Of a DNA stretch of 64,000 bases, positions 1-9,928 are shown one piece after another. This DNA is from a virus: positions 21,413 to 85,412 of the IMG/VR virus record IMGVR_UViG_3300015202_000003. One strand, given 5' to 3'. The notes under the pieces are model-generated. The model did not search any database and was not told the origin of the DNA. It saw nothing but the letters and a program-made list of their open reading frames with translations. Numbering within the stretch: position 1 is the stretch's first letter; every line of letters begins with the position of its first letter. The translations under genes were made by a program, and so were the position numbers.

Positions 1-7
1 TAAAAAA

Positions 8-724
8 ATGCAAACCGAAAATTCAACAGAGATCAATTTAGAATTGGTTTTAAAACACATAGAAGAAATTAAAAAAAAGAAAGGGGGTTTAAATAAAACT
101 AAGGAAGGTTCAGATAAAGGCTTAGGATTTGGTTTTGAGCATGGAGAAGAAGGTCAGTCCAATGTCTGGCTTACCCCTCCTAATTTAATAGAATCTTTGG
201 GGGATTTTTCTTTAGACCCTGCATCTCCTATTTTTAGGCCTTGGGACACTGCTAAGAGGCATTTAACCGTTATAGAAGACGGTTTGAAAACTGATTGGGG
301 TTTGGGTTCAGAGCGTGTATATCTTAATGCACCTTACGGCAAATTATCCGGCCCTTTCTTGAATAGATTAGTAGAACATGGTAACGGTGTAGCTCTTACA
401 TTTGCAAGAACCGAGACTTTGTGGCTTCAACAATGTGCCCCGTATGCCTCTGGTTTTTTATTTTTAAAAGGGAGACTTAAATTTTGGCAAATAGTAGAAG
501 AAGAGTTAAATGAACAATTGGAACTTTTCAAAGAAGAGAAAAACAAAATTTTAATTCATAACATAAGCCCAACAAAAAGATTGGTTGCAAAAGAAAGACA
601 GTGTGCAACTGCTCCCAGTGTTTTAATTTCTTTTGACAATGAGTTTTCTAACGGTCAAAACAGAAACTCTCTTTTAAACTCTAATTTAAAGGGTTTGTTT
701 TTTGAAACTTGTTTGAAAATTTAA
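8..724 (+). CDS. Phage N6-adenine DNA methyltransferase (Dam_phage-like)
   Basis: Motifs LDPASP...W...DGL..DW and VYLNAPY (NPPY-type catalytic motif) followed by FLFLKGRLKF. Confidence 0.75.
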   Translation: MQTENSTEINLELVLKHIEEIKKKKGGLNKTKEGSDKGLGFGFEHGEEGQSNVWLTPPNLIESLGDFSLDPASPIFRPWDTAKRHLTVIEDGLKTDWGLGSERVYLNAPYGKLSGPFLNRLVEHGNGVALTFARTETLWLQQCAPYASGFLFLKGRLKFWQIVEEELNEQLELFKEEKNKILIHNISPTKRLVAKERQCATAPSVLISFDNEFSNGQNRNSLLNSNLKGLFFETCLKI

Positions 725-815
725 AGTGGTATTATTTTGTTTCTTAAAAAGGAAGGAAAAATAATATGAAAGTTTTTGGGGGTGGAGGCTCTTTTTAACT
801 GGAAAAAACCAATCT

Positions 816-1325
816 TTAAGGAGATTGGTTTTTATTTAATTTAAAGCCTAATTCTTCTAATCTTTTTAAGACTGTGGCTGAGATAGGTTTTCTGTTTTCA
901 AATTGAGAAACAGACCCTTTTTTAATTTTTAATAGTAAGGCTATTTCTTCTTGAGTAAGACCTTTAGACTTTCTAAAATCTCTCAGTTCTTTTCCTATAA
1001 AAATATATTTTTCTTTTTCTATGTCGGGAAGATTTTTAATTTCTAAGATTGTCTTTCTTATTTTTTCTGCCTTTTCTTCTCTTATAGGCTTTCCTATATT
1101 GGCATTATAGAAGTCTACTGGGTTAATTTCAGCGCGTTTGCAAAAATCTTCTTGAGTAAGACCTTTTTTAGAAACAAAATAATTTAAGTCAGTTTCGTTT
1201 TTTTCCAACATAAAAGAAATCTTTTTTAAGGTTGATTCTCTTTTTCTTAGCTTCACTCTTTCAGATTTAGGCTTTACATACTGAGTAGAAGCCGAGAAAA
1301 TTAATTGTCTTCTCAAATCGTTCAT
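816..1325 (-). CDS. XRE-family HTH transcriptional regulator with two HTH-like repeats
   Basis: GKELRDFRKSKGLTQEEIALLLKIKKGSVSQFEN is a classic Cro/CI HTH; KKGLTQEDFCKRAEI is a second copy; divergent from 1469. Confidence 0.8.
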   Translation of the reverse strand: MNDLRRQLIFSASTQYVKPKSERVKLRKRESTLKKISFMLEKNETDLNYFVSKKGLTQEDFCKRAEINPVDFYNANIGKPIREEKAEKIRKTILEIKNLPDIEKEKYIFIGKELRDFRKSKGLTQEEIALLLKIKKGSVSQFENRKPISATVLKRLEELGFKLNKNQSP

Positions 1326-1468
1326 GCTTATTAGAACGATTTTGTAAATTTTAATTTACAAACTTTACCACAATACACTTATAAGTTTCTTAGCGGGAAT
1401 CTTTCCCTTCTCTTTCGTTTTACTGTGTGGGATTGAAAGATTCGATCTCAAGAAGGAGGTGTAGAAAA

Positions 1469-1798
1469 ATGGAACAAACACAATGGCTTTTAGCCTTGAA
1501 AGAAGGGGATTTGGTTGTAGTTGCACCTTGGCGAAGCCGTGAATACACGCAGAAGGTGGAAAGAGTGACCAAAACTCAAATCATCCTCGGGGATAGCGCC
1601 AAATTCAACAAACAAGGTTTTGAAGTGCCTTATTCAATGACGGGTTCATGTATAGAAGAGCCGACGCCAGAGAAAATGGCTGTTGTCAAGCATAAAGTCT
1701 CAGTAGAAAAAGTTTTTAGACTGGCGACAAAAGAAAATTTTGCAAAACTGACTATAGATGAACTGTTAGAAATTCAAGCCCTTCTTCAGAAGAATTAG
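1469..1798 (+). CDS. Hypothetical phage protein
   Basis: ORF track 1427-1798; ATG 1469 preferred because AGGAGG lies just upstream. Confidence 0.7.
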   Translation: MEQTQWLLALKEGDLVVVAPWRSREYTQKVERVTKTQIILGDSAKFNKQGFEVPYSMTGSCIEEPTPEKMAVVKHKVSVEKVFRLATKENFAKLTIDELLEIQALLQKN

Positions 1799-2050
1799 GG
1801 CTTGAATTTTGGCATCCTACATAGCGACGACATCTCTGGAAGGTGTCGAAGCAATCGCCAGAAAAATTAAGAGAGATTGGCAAAAGAAACAAAAAAGAGA
1901 GAAGGGCGTGGCTATAAGGCGTCCTATACAAACGACGTGACGGCAAGTATTTACTTCTGGAACGGCAAACGATACACAAACCCTCGTTTGCGCGCCCAAC
2001 TCAAGAAACATTTTGAAGATGCTTACGAGTAGCGGGTTTCTTGAGTTGAG

Positions 2051-2100
2051 AAATTAAAAAATCCTTGTGTCTAAATTAAAAACACAAGGATTTTTAATTT
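2051..2100. terminator. Bidirectional hairpin terminator
   Basis: aaattaaaaaatccttgtgt / acacaaggatttttaattt inverted repeat with A and T tails. Confidence 0.75.
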
Positions 2101-2163
2101 CTTTTATAAGCCAAAAAAGGATATTCACCTCTATTTAATCCGTCTTGGTAGAGGATTAAAAAA

Positions 2164-2433
2164 ATGAAATTAAAACGTGCGACACTGTATATTTTTCATA
2201 CTCCTAAAAACTATAATGGAAAGTTCCTTGGGTTTAAATGTAACAATGGAATGGTAGAACTTGTTCCCGATAAAGGAGACGGTATTTTTCATTCTTCTTC
2301 CTATTTTATCGGCAGTAAGAAGAAGAAAAATGCTTGGGAGAAATTTTATTTTTGTCCTGAAGGGACTGTTTTAAAGGAGTATTTTTTGACTAACAAAGGG
2401 CGTATTTTAAAATCTGTCTGGGTTCACACTTAA
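2164..2433 (+). CDS. Hypothetical protein
   Basis: ORF track; A-rich start context typical of this genome. Confidence 0.65.
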   Translation: MKLKRATLYIFHTPKNYNGKFLGFKCNNGMVELVPDKGDGIFHSSSYFIGSKKKKNAWEKFYFCPEGTVLKEYFLTNKGRILKSVWVHT

Positions 2434-2456
2434 AAAAATAAGAGGGAAGTTATAGA

Positions 2457-2696
2457 ATGATTAAAACAAAATATGTAAATTTAACAGATCAACAAATTTG
2501 TTTATCTAAAAAACAATTCGCATTAAAAGAAGCGAGAGAAAGGATTAACGTTCATAAAAAAACGAGGTTTGGAAAAAACAAGGGTACTGGTTATAGAGTT
2601 TATCAATGTCCTGTTTGTAATTTCTGGCATTTGTCTACTATTGATAAACCAGAAAGAGAAAGAGGTTTAGATAGAAGACCTTTGAAATTTATTTGA
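2457..2696 (+). CDS. Small Zn-finger-like hypothetical protein
   Basis: YQCPVCNFWHLST motif. Confidence 0.65.
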   Translation: MIKTKYVNLTDQQICLSKKQFALKEARERINVHKKTRFGKNKGTGYRVYQCPVCNFWHLSTIDKPERERGLDRRPLKFI

Positions 2697-2716
2697 AAGA
2701 GGTTTAAATTAAAAAA

Positions 2717-3136
2717 ATGACAAAACAAGAGATAGTAGAGAAAACAATGGAAGCAACAAAGTTAGGTTCTACTTTAACGGGGGGTTTTTGGGGGGTTTTT
2801 CACGGCTCTCCTGTAGAATTTACCCTTATAGATAAAAAGAAAAGTCTCTTCGGCCCTCTCGCTTCTTTTTTAGTTTCTCCTAATACAGAGGACAGTTTTT
2901 TTCTAACAACCAATTTTTCAAATTTAAGTCAAGCATTAAATTTAAAACCTTCTTTTGTTTGCGGTTTTCAAAATAGTTTTGACAACATCAACTCTAAAGA
3001 ATTTTCGGACAAAACCGACAAAATAAATTCTCAACTATACTTAGAAGGGGTTGCACAGGGTTTGTGGGTTAGGTATAAGCTAATACAACTTAATCAAATA
3101 GACCCTGATGAATTGTGTGCAAATTATTTCAAGTAG
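2717..3136 (+). CDS. Hypothetical protein
   Basis: ORF track; co-oriented, tightly packed. Confidence 0.65.
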   Translation: MTKQEIVEKTMEATKLGSTLTGGFWGVFHGSPVEFTLIDKKKSLFGPLASFLVSPNTEDSFFLTTNFSNLSQALNLKPSFVCGFQNSFDNINSKEFSDKTDKINSQLYLEGVAQGLWVRYKLIQLNQIDPDELCANYFK

Positions 3137-3224
3137 GAACTTAAAAACAATTTCTCTTATTTAATTAGAGGGGAAAATTCTTTTTTTGTGTTCGTTTATA
3201 TTTTTAGAGGATTAAATTAAAAAA

Positions 3225-3602
3225 ATGTCAATTTATTTTTATGTCGGCCCTTATGTTAAAGCTGTCTCAAATGTAAATTCTGAAAATCACCGAGAGGCTT
3301 TTGAGGTTTTTGAGGATGTAGATTTCAATGAGGATTTGGCTCTTCACAATTTCAATCATCGAAAAGAAAACGCAGATGAATTTTGGTTGCCTAATAAAAC
3401 AAATAAATATACTTCTTCTTATGCTACACAAGTAGAAAATTTAGTTGAGAGTAGAGAAAACGGCGATGTCTGTTTAGATAATTTAGATATGGACAAAGAG
3501 TGCGATGCTTTTGAACTATCTTACGCAGAACCACTTAAGTTTTTAGAATCTTGCGGGAGAAAGATAGAAGTTTGTTATGGGGTTTTAGTTTCTTATGCCT
3601 AA
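3225..3602 (+). CDS. Hypothetical protein
   Basis: ORF track; overlaps next start. Confidence 0.65.
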   Translation: MSIYFYVGPYVKAVSNVNSENHREAFEVFEDVDFNEDLALHNFNHRKENADEFWLPNKTNKYTSSYATQVENLVESRENGDVCLDNLDMDKECDAFELSYAEPLKFLESCGRKIEVCYGVLVSYA

Positions 3603-3963
3603 AAACTTTGAAGTTGTTTTTCATTTAGAAATTATTAAAATAGATGAACACTTAACTAAAGAGCGTATTTGGGCAATGGAATATCCTTATATGAAATCTT
3701 TGGAACCTATCTACGAAAAGGATTCTTTGTTTTTTTTCTCTGTTACAGAGTGTAGAAAAAAGTGGGAGAAAATAGGTTTTATTTTTTGTGAATTAGAAGA
3801 CGAAAATCGTTTTGGAGATTGGTGTGTTTACAAGGACACTATAAAGGGTATTTCAGAGTGGTCTTTTTCATGTTCTCTTTCACAACATGAAAAGTTGGAG
3901 GTTTGGAGTATATTTAAATTATTTTTAAACGAAGAAGAATTTAAAAAAATTTTTTTAAATTAG
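3595..3963 (+). CDS. Hypothetical protein
   Basis: ORF track; coupled to upstream ORF. Confidence 0.65.
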   Translation: MPKNFEVVFHLEIIKIDEHLTKERIWAMEYPYMKSLEPIYEKDSLFFFSVTECRKKWEKIGFIFCELEDENRFGDWCVYKDTIKGISEWSFSCSLSQHEKLEVWSIFKLFLNEEEFKKIFLN

Positions 3964-3986
3964 ATAGAAGTGAAAAACAACTTAAA

Positions 3987-4202
3987 ATGACATTAGAAGC
4001 TTTGTTAGAATTGAAGTCGGAACTGAAACGTTTTGAAAGCCGTTTAGAACATTGCATAGAAGACGAGGTAGAAGAGAAAAGACGAAAGGAAAAAGGTCTT
4101 AAATATCCTCATACTCAAACGTCTTTCAAACACAATAGAATAGCGGCTCTCAAACGTTCTGGTTTGGATTTAAAATTTAAGATAACCGAGACATTAAAAT
4201 AA
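3987..4202 (+). CDS. Hypothetical protein
   Basis: ORF track. Confidence 0.55.
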   Translation: MTLEALLELKSELKRFESRLEHCIEDEVEEKRRKEKGLKYPHTQTSFKHNRIAALKRSGLDLKFKITETLK

Positions 4203-4320
4203 GAGATTAAAAACTTACGATGAAAAAATTTAAAGACATACCACGGGGTAAATTGAAAAGTTTTTCTTTTTTAAATTTTGTTCCTTTTTCAATATTAAAA
4301 GCACGGAGTTCATTTAAAAA

Positions 4321-4770
4321 ATGTTTAAAAAATTAAGTTTGTGTTCTCATCCTCCCGATAAATTGGTAGTTCAAAAAGTCCATAAAGAATCTAATTTAGG
4401 TTTATTGTATTTTGATTTGAAGATTCCTTTTTATGGCTGTGAAGAGGGTGACACTTGTATTACTCTTTTACGATGTTTAAATTGCGGTGAGATTTTAACT
4501 CTTTATAATGCGGATATAAAGGGGTTTAATTCTCATAAAAACATTATAAAATATGATGAGGTAGCTTTTAAAGAAACTTCTTTTCTTAGAACTCAGGTTT
4601 GTTCCAATTCTGAAATTAAACCGGAAGATTCTACTCTCATTGTAAATTATCTTTGGAATGAAAAAAGAATGAAAAGAGAATCTCGTAACGGGGCTTTTAT
4701 AATTTTCTACCGTTTTTTAATTGTCTTTCTTTCTGTGATATTGGTTTATGTAATAGACCATAAATTTTAA
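4321..4770 (+). CDS. Hypothetical protein with C-terminal transmembrane segment
   Basis: C-terminal hydrophobic FIIFYRFLIVFLSVILVYVI; CxxC (CLNC). Confidence 0.6.
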   Translation: MFKKLSLCSHPPDKLVVQKVHKESNLGLLYFDLKIPFYGCEEGDTCITLLRCLNCGEILTLYNADIKGFNSHKNIIKYDEVAFKETSFLRTQVCSNSEIKPEDSTLIVNYLWNEKRMKRESRNGAFIIFYRFLIVFLSVILVYVIDHKF

Positions 4771-4773
4771 ATT

Positions 4774-4831
4774 TCAGTTATAAGTTTTCGTGTGAATCTC
4801 TTTTTTCCCCGTAGGCGTTTAATCTATAACA
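4774..4831 (+). promoter_or_regulatory. Bipartite repeated upstream element (TCAGTTATAA..GAA box plus AGGCGTTTAA)
   Basis: 20/23 identity to the reverse complement of 19670-19692; both are followed 15-16 nt later by AGGCGTTTAA and then an ATG. Confidence 0.6.
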
Positions 4832-5032
4832 ATGAAAAAATACGCTGTCACTTTTAGGGTCTTAGGTCAAAAATCCAGCACGCTTAATTTCTGGGCTTCT
4901 AATCAAAAAGAAGCGACGGATGGTGCCATAAATTTTATGTTTCGTATTGGCGTTTTGACGGAAGAGAATTTGAGAATGATTTCTTTTTCAGAAGCCACTG
5001 AAATTAAAGAGGAGGTTTTTGAGATTGTTTGA
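4832..5032 (+). CDS. Hypothetical protein
   Basis: ORF track; directly after conserved promoter-like element. Confidence 0.6.
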   Translation: MKKYAVTFRVLGQKSSTLNFWASNQKEATDGAINFMFRIGVLTEENLRMISFSEATEIKEEVFEIV

Positions 5033-5591
5033 AAAACAATTTCCTGATTTAAAATCCTCTTATCAACCTCGAAAACAAGATGGTTGGCTTTATAAATTTC
5101 TTCTTAAAGCGACACAGCCGGAATTTGACGCTTTGAAAGAAGAAGGAGAAAAGACAATAGCTCCTTCTCTTCGGAATTGGCTTTTGTCTTTAACTCCTGT
5201 TTCGGACTTAGAGATTTTAAGAAAATATGATTTAACAGAAATCCGACAGGGAATTTCTGTTAGGCTTTACGAGAATGGAACGTCCTATTTTCCGGAATCT
5301 TTTTATCTTTCTTTTGAAGAATCAATAGAAGTTCCTCGCATACACGTTTCATATTATGCGATTGGAGAAAAGGACAAAGGAAGATTTTTTGAAGATATTT
5401 TATCTATTCCACAGAAACACTACTCTTTTTTTGAAAGAGTGTCTATTTTTTCGGCTCTAAGAAAAGAAAGTTTAAAACTAAGTTTTCAATGGTTAGATGA
5501 AAGAATTAAAGACAAGTCTAAACCTAAACTAACTTGGGGAGAGATAGTGGAAAAGTTTCCTATGCTAAAAGTTTTGGTTGTGGAGAATTAA
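5019..5591 (+). CDS. Hypothetical protein
   Basis: ORF track 190 aa. Confidence 0.65.
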   Translation: MRLFEKQFPDLKSSYQPRKQDGWLYKFLLKATQPEFDALKEEGEKTIAPSLRNWLLSLTPVSDLEILRKYDLTEIRQGISVRLYENGTSYFPESFYLSFEESIEVPRIHVSYYAIGEKDKGRFFEDILSIPQKHYSFFERVSIFSALRKESLKLSFQWLDERIKDKSKPKLTWGEIVEKFPMLKVLVVEN

Positions 5592-5802
5592 AAAAATGAA
5601 AAAGACATCTAAAACGACACTGTTAACTCTTCAAGGGTTATATTTTCTCTATTATTTTGCAGTAGCTTTTGCAGCCCAACTTTTCTTTCCGTCCCCTCAT
5701 TCTACCCTAACAAAAGCAGTTTTAATTTCTTTCTTTTCGGCTATTTTAGCAACTTTTGTGGTGTGGGTTTACGGTTTGATTTCACAGAAAAAAAAGGTTT
5801 GA
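5578..5802 (+). CDS. Small two-TM membrane protein
   Basis: Two hydrophobic stretches. Confidence 0.6.
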   Translation: MWRIKKMKKTSKTTLLTLQGLYFLYYFAVAFAAQLFFPSPHSTLTKAVLISFFSAILATFVVWVYGLISQKKKV

Positions 5803-5838
5803 TTTTATCTATTTCTACGAATTTTGGGAGGTTAGAGA

Positions 5839-6156
5839 GTGATTAAAGAGCTTGAAAATGTAAAAGGTTTTCGCTGTGAAACCTCGTATCAAAGAAAAAT
5901 GAATTTGGATTTAAAAAACCCTGTTCGTTATTATTCTTTAGATAACGGTTACAATTTAGTAACCAGTTTATGCGGCACTTATGGGGAATTTGTCTACCAT
6001 GTTGATTGGGGAAAAGAAAGGCTTTGGAGTGCTTGTAAGGGTTTATACGATCTTCCGGATTGCTTTTTTTCTTGGGTAGACGAAGGAAATTTAGTAAGAC
6101 TTAAATTTGAACTTGTAGACGATACACGTTGGTTAGACTACTTTTTAACTTTGTAA
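5839..6156 (+). CDS. Hypothetical protein
   Basis: ORF track. Confidence 0.55.
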   Translation: MIKELENVKGFRCETSYQRKMNLDLKNPVRYYSLDNGYNLVTSLCGTYGEFVYHVDWGKERLWSACKGLYDLPDCFFSWVDEGNLVRLKFELVDDTRWLDYFLTL

Positions 6157-6566
6157 AGAGAAATAAAATGAATATTTTAATTTTAGAACCCAAAGACGGG
6201 ACACGTTATTACTTCTCTTTTGCGGAAGTTGAGAGTGAGTTTATTAAAAAAAATTTAGGGTTTTATCTTACGTCTGTAATCCGTCAAATTTCTTTTGCTC
6301 CTGTCAATTCCCTTTTAATCTCTGTGTTGTTAGAACACAATCAAGAAGAAAACCTTTGCTTATATTTATCTTTTCCTTATTTTGTTGAGAAAATAAAAGG
6401 AAGAAATTTTTCTGTGGAAGATGCCCGCAAAGACTGGGGATTGAAATTGTTTTACGGTTTGTGTTTGTTTTGTTTGCACAGAAGCGGAGATTTATTAATT
6501 CAAGAAGAGCTAAACTCTAAATTAGGGGTTGATTGGCAAAAGAGGTCTTTGGAGAGGCTATTTTAA
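6129..6566 (+). CDS. Hypothetical protein (start probably ATG 6168)
   Basis: ORF track. Confidence 0.6.
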   Translation: MVRLLFNFVKRNKMNILILEPKDGTRYYFSFAEVESEFIKKNLGFYLTSVIRQISFAPVNSLLISVLLEHNQEENLCLYLSFPYFVEKIKGRNFSVEDARKDWGLKLFYGLCLFCLHRSGDLLIQEELNSKLGVDWQKRSLERLF

Positions 6567-6661
6567 ATCTTGTTAAAGCAATTGCTTGGTAAAGTGCTGT
6601 TTTGATTCCTGAAGGGGGTTACAAGAGATAAGTTTCTTTCTCCTGCTCTGTTTTTTGTGCT

Positions 6662-7084
6662 TTGATGGAAAAATTTAAACCTAATTTCTTGATTTTTGAA
6701 GTGGCAATAAAAGCCTTAAAAGAAAACGATTTTGTCGTTAGATTTTCTATTTATAGAAGTTTGGAGGGTTTTAATGAAAAGGGGTTTAGAGAACTGAACT
6801 CTTCTTCAATTAAACTTTACAGTGGTTTTTTACCCGTTGTAAAAAATAATATCAAGCCTTTTCTTGAAAAACTTGGTTTTAAATTTTTACAGCAAACAGA
6901 GGATGTTGAGACTGGTTTTAATACTACGGGCAAATGGTCAAATACTGGGGGTTGGTCAGAAATTGTTTTTCCTTTCCCCGCAAACCAAAAAGAAAAGACA
7001 AGGCTGTGGTATTTTTTAAAAAATTTTATTTCCTCAGAAGAGTTTGATAAAATCCTAACGTTTGAAAACACTCAATTAAAATGA
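6662..7084 (+). CDS. Hypothetical protein
   Basis: ORF track; overlaps next start. Confidence 0.6.
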   Translation: MMEKFKPNFLIFEVAIKALKENDFVVRFSIYRSLEGFNEKGFRELNSSSIKLYSGFLPVVKNNIKPFLEKLGFKFLQQTEDVETGFNTTGKWSNTGGWSEIVFPFPANQKEKTRLWYFLKNFISSEEFDKILTFENTQLK

Positions 7085-7422
7085 AACATTTATTTTTAGA
7101 CGACACAAGAAACCCTGAAGATGTAATTTGGGTTAATTTACCAAAGAACGTAGAGTGGGATATTGTTAGAAATTACCGTCAATTTTGTCTTTACTTAGAA
7201 GAGAACGGAGTTCCTGATTTCATCTCTTTTGATTTTAACTTAGGGGATTCTTTAGACGGCTATCAATGTGCCAATTATTTAGTTGCAAAAGTAACTCAAA
7301 AAAAATTGAAATGGAATCCCAACTTTAAATTTGAGGTTCATTCTTCTGACTCTTTAGCGGTTAAGAAAACCTCTGATTTTTTAAATCAGCACATTAAGTT
7401 GTTTAATAGATTAGAAGATTAG
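7081..7422 (+). CDS. Cyclic-phosphate-processing receiver-like (REC) domain protein
   Basis: LFLDDTRNP...VRNY..F...ISFDFNLG...GYQCA...VHSSD pattern; the usual DHDLG is DFNLG here. Confidence 0.7.
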   Translation: MKHLFLDDTRNPEDVIWVNLPKNVEWDIVRNYRQFCLYLEENGVPDFISFDFNLGDSLDGYQCANYLVAKVTQKKLKWNPNFKFEVHSSDSLAVKKTSDFLNQHIKLFNRLED

Positions 7423-7427
7423 ACAAT

Positions 7428-7462
7428 AAAAAACCTGATTAAATTTTGTAATCAGGTTTTTT
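7428..7462. terminator. Bidirectional terminator between convergent genes
   Basis: aaaaaacctgatta / taatcaggtttttt. Confidence 0.8.
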
Positions 7463-7494
7463 AAGAGGTGTTTAAATATATGTGTTGTTGGCTT

Positions 7495-7842
7495 TTAAGT
7501 GTATTGTATAGCAACTTCCAAGTATTTTTTTATTTTAGCAATAGCTTCTTGGATTGTCTTATAAGAAGTTTTGCGAAAATTCAAAGGGATTTTGTAAGAT
7601 TTTTTGAATTGTTCTATTTTCCCGTTACTGTCTATTGAAAACATACTGTAACGAGAGTTTTCATAAATTTCGTTGTTCCAATTTTCACGGGGATCAAGGG
7701 AGACAATAACCGATAACGAAGCCGTGTCTTTTCCCCCCAAAGTTGAGAGTTTAACTTGAACGACAGGAACGCTACCTTTAAGCCCGTTCAAAACTTCGAT
7801 TCTATCTTCTTCTGTGAGTGGTTTGTCGATGGTTTTTTCCAT
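7495..7842 (-). CDS. Hypothetical protein
   Basis: ORF track; CGTTTAGAAT element 3 nt before ATG. Confidence 0.65.
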   Translation of the reverse strand: MEKTIDKPLTEEDRIEVLNGLKGSVPVVQVKLSTLGGKDTASLSVIVSLDPRENWNNEIYENSRYSMFSIDSNGKIEQFKKSYKIPLNFRKTSYKTIQEAIAKIKKYLEVAIQYT

Positions 7843-8152
7843 GTTATTCTAAACGTCCTATATTATCGAGATTTCCTTTTATTTTTTAACAGAGTAATAA
7901 GCCCTTTCGGGCTAATTGTTTATAGAAAAGAATGTCTTATACAGCTAAACAAACCATGAAAATTTACAGGGAGAAGATAAAAATTTAAATGTTGGAAATT
8001 TGTTCAAAGTTTAGATTTAGGAGAAAAACAAGCTATTCAACAAACTAAAAGTGATTTTTGCTTGTTGAGATTAATTTTTAAAAACTCAACAAGCAAAAAT
8101 TAAAAATTAAAACAGATAAAGAAGAAGATAACGACAGTTAAAAAATTAAAAA

Positions 8153-8494
8153 ATGAAAACTAACATAGATATTTCAGGATTAAAGAAAGCGGACGTATTG
8201 GCGGCTTTATATAACGGAGCCAAACCCGTTGGTAATGGAGAACTTCATTATCACCCCAAGCCCGCAACTTCTGCTGAGTTTCAAGAAGTTTTAAATAGAG
8301 TTGTTCAATCGTCCCTTTTGATTCCCGGTTCAGTTCCTTCTTATTACGTTGATTGGTATGAAGGAAGAGAATTAAAGGTAGATTTAAATTCTGACACAGA
8401 GTTTGATTGTTTCCAATACGACAAAACTAACGGAGAGGGCGCTGCACAAAAAGCGGTAGATTCTCTGTTTTTTTACATCTCTCTTCTTATTTAA
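8153..8494 (+). CDS. Conserved phage-type hypothetical protein
   Basis: IDISGL.KA.VLAALYN...GRELKVDL...YD..NG.GAA pattern recalled from phage hypothetical proteins. Confidence 0.65.
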   Translation: MKTNIDISGLKKADVLAALYNGAKPVGNGELHYHPKPATSAEFQEVLNRVVQSSLLIPGSVPSYYVDWYEGRELKVDLNSDTEFDCFQYDKTNGEGAAQKAVDSLFFYISLLI

Positions 8495-8525
8495 AAGTTT
8501 AAATTCCATTAAAAGTCTTCTCTTA

Positions 8526-8571
8526 AAATAAAACCCCTCTTAAAGTTTAAATTTTAAGAGGGGTTTTATTT
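8526..8571. terminator. Hairpin terminator
   Basis: aaataaaacccctcttaaa / tttaagaggggttttattt. Confidence 0.8.
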
Positions 8572-8826
8572 CATCGTAAAATTACGAGGATAAAATTAAT
8601 GTTGTGGCATAGAACGGTTTTTTAAATAGAAATTTATGAAGTTGAATATGTCTATGTTTTTTTACATCTCTCTTCTTCTTCTTTTGAGTTAAAAGTTAAA
8701 AATATTTTTTAAGTTTGAAAGTGAAAATTTAGAGACTGTTATTAAGCATATAAAGGAGAAAACTTTTCAAAAACCTCTTTTAATTCTTCAATTATAGTCT
8801 TTAAATTAAAATAAAGAATATATACA

Positions 8827-9054
8827 ATGACAAAAAAATTAAAAATAAACCCTGTTAGGGGAGGTTATATTCAATTTGCAATTGTTCGACAGGAGGAAAA
8901 CTGGGAGGGTTTTTTAGAAGAGAAGGTTATTTTTTCACTTGTGTTGGACAACGAACAAGCTCGTTTTTTCATTATAAATTTTGAAGAAGCTGTTGAAGTT
9001 TCCGAAAACTATGAAAAGGATGTTTTACGATTCCGCACTTTGATAGGAGATTAA
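8827..9054 (+). CDS. Hypothetical protein
   Basis: ORF track. Confidence 0.55.
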   Translation: MTKKLKINPVRGGYIQFAIVRQEENWEGFLEEKVIFSLVLDNEQARFFIINFEEAVEVSENYEKDVLRFRTLIGD

Positions 9055-9061
9055 AATTTAT

Positions 9062-9559
9062 ATGAAAATGAAAGTAAAAGTAACAGGACTAAGTTTAGTA
9101 AAAAAAGCTTTATATAATTTCGAGGATTATGTTGATTCTAAGTTTTTTAAAATTAAAAATTTAACAGAGCTAAGTTTTCTCTTCTCTTCTTATTTTAAGA
9201 GTTTAGAAGACGAAATTATTTCAAAAGTTGAACTTTCTGAAGCCGACTATAATTTTGATTATTCATCTCTTCTAAGACCCCGTCCTGATTCCCCAGAATA
9301 CATAGATTTAAGATTGTGGTTTAAAATTCCTCCTCCTTCAAAAACCACAGCTAAAAGTTCGACTTTTTGCATAGCTTTTAGCATTTACGAAGATGCCGTT
9401 ACTGTTAGCGAGTTAGATTTTCCTTTTGGGATGGATTTAGCCAAGAAAGACTTTGAATTTGAATCTGTTTCTTCTTATAGACCTTCTATAAATCAAGTTA
9501 TGATTTATATTGGGGGGCGTTTTAAGTTTATTTGTAGTAAAATTGATTCGTATGAATAA
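9062..9559 (+). CDS. IYED-family tandem paralog 1 (function unknown)
   Basis: PEYIDLRLWF...IAFSIYEDAV...FEFES shared with neighbours. Confidence 0.7.
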   Translation: MKMKVKVTGLSLVKKALYNFEDYVDSKFFKIKNLTELSFLFSSYFKSLEDEIISKVELSEADYNFDYSSLLRPRPDSPEYIDLRLWFKIPPPSKTTAKSSTFCIAFSIYEDAVTVSELDFPFGMDLAKKDFEFESVSSYRPSINQVMIYIGGRFKFICSKIDSYE

Positions 9560-9927
9560 AGAACAAATAAACTACATATCCGAGTTTTTAGGTTTTCCCA
9601 CTATCAGATAAATAAATTATTTTCATATTTTTGACAATTTAATTCGTCTTCGGAGATGTTTGTGGAGTCACTTTGATACGCTTGTCAGAGGGGCAATTCA
9701 CTTGAAGTTAGTTTAGAACCCGACAGAGATAAAATTCACACATTCATTTAGCAATTTACGAAGATTGTATTGTTTTAATGCAGGGTTTTAATTTTCCTTT
9801 TGAGTTAAATTTAAGAGAACAAGACTCTTTTTGAAACTATGAAGGGAAAGATTTAAAAGATGTAATAAGTCATTTATTTCTTATTTTCAAAGAGTTAAGC
9901 GGGGGTCTAAGTAGGTTTTTAAAATAA
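9552..9927 (+). pseudogene. Decayed IYED-family paralog 2
   Basis: Frame from 9745 reads HLAIYEDCIVLMQGFNFPFELNLREQDSF*NYEGKDLKDVISHLFLIFKELSGGLSRFLK; TGA at 9832-9834 and a frameshift near 9745. Confidence 0.65.
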
Positions 9928-9928
9928 A

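Noticed and set aside
8-724. Restriction-modification system
   Set aside because: No restriction endonuclease is recognisable beside either methyltransferase within the window; the region upstream of position 1 is not visible.
1752-2011. Minus-strand ORFs 1752-1979 and 1817-2011
   Set aside because: Overlapping frames in a GC-richer patch with no motif support; I could not decide whether either is real.
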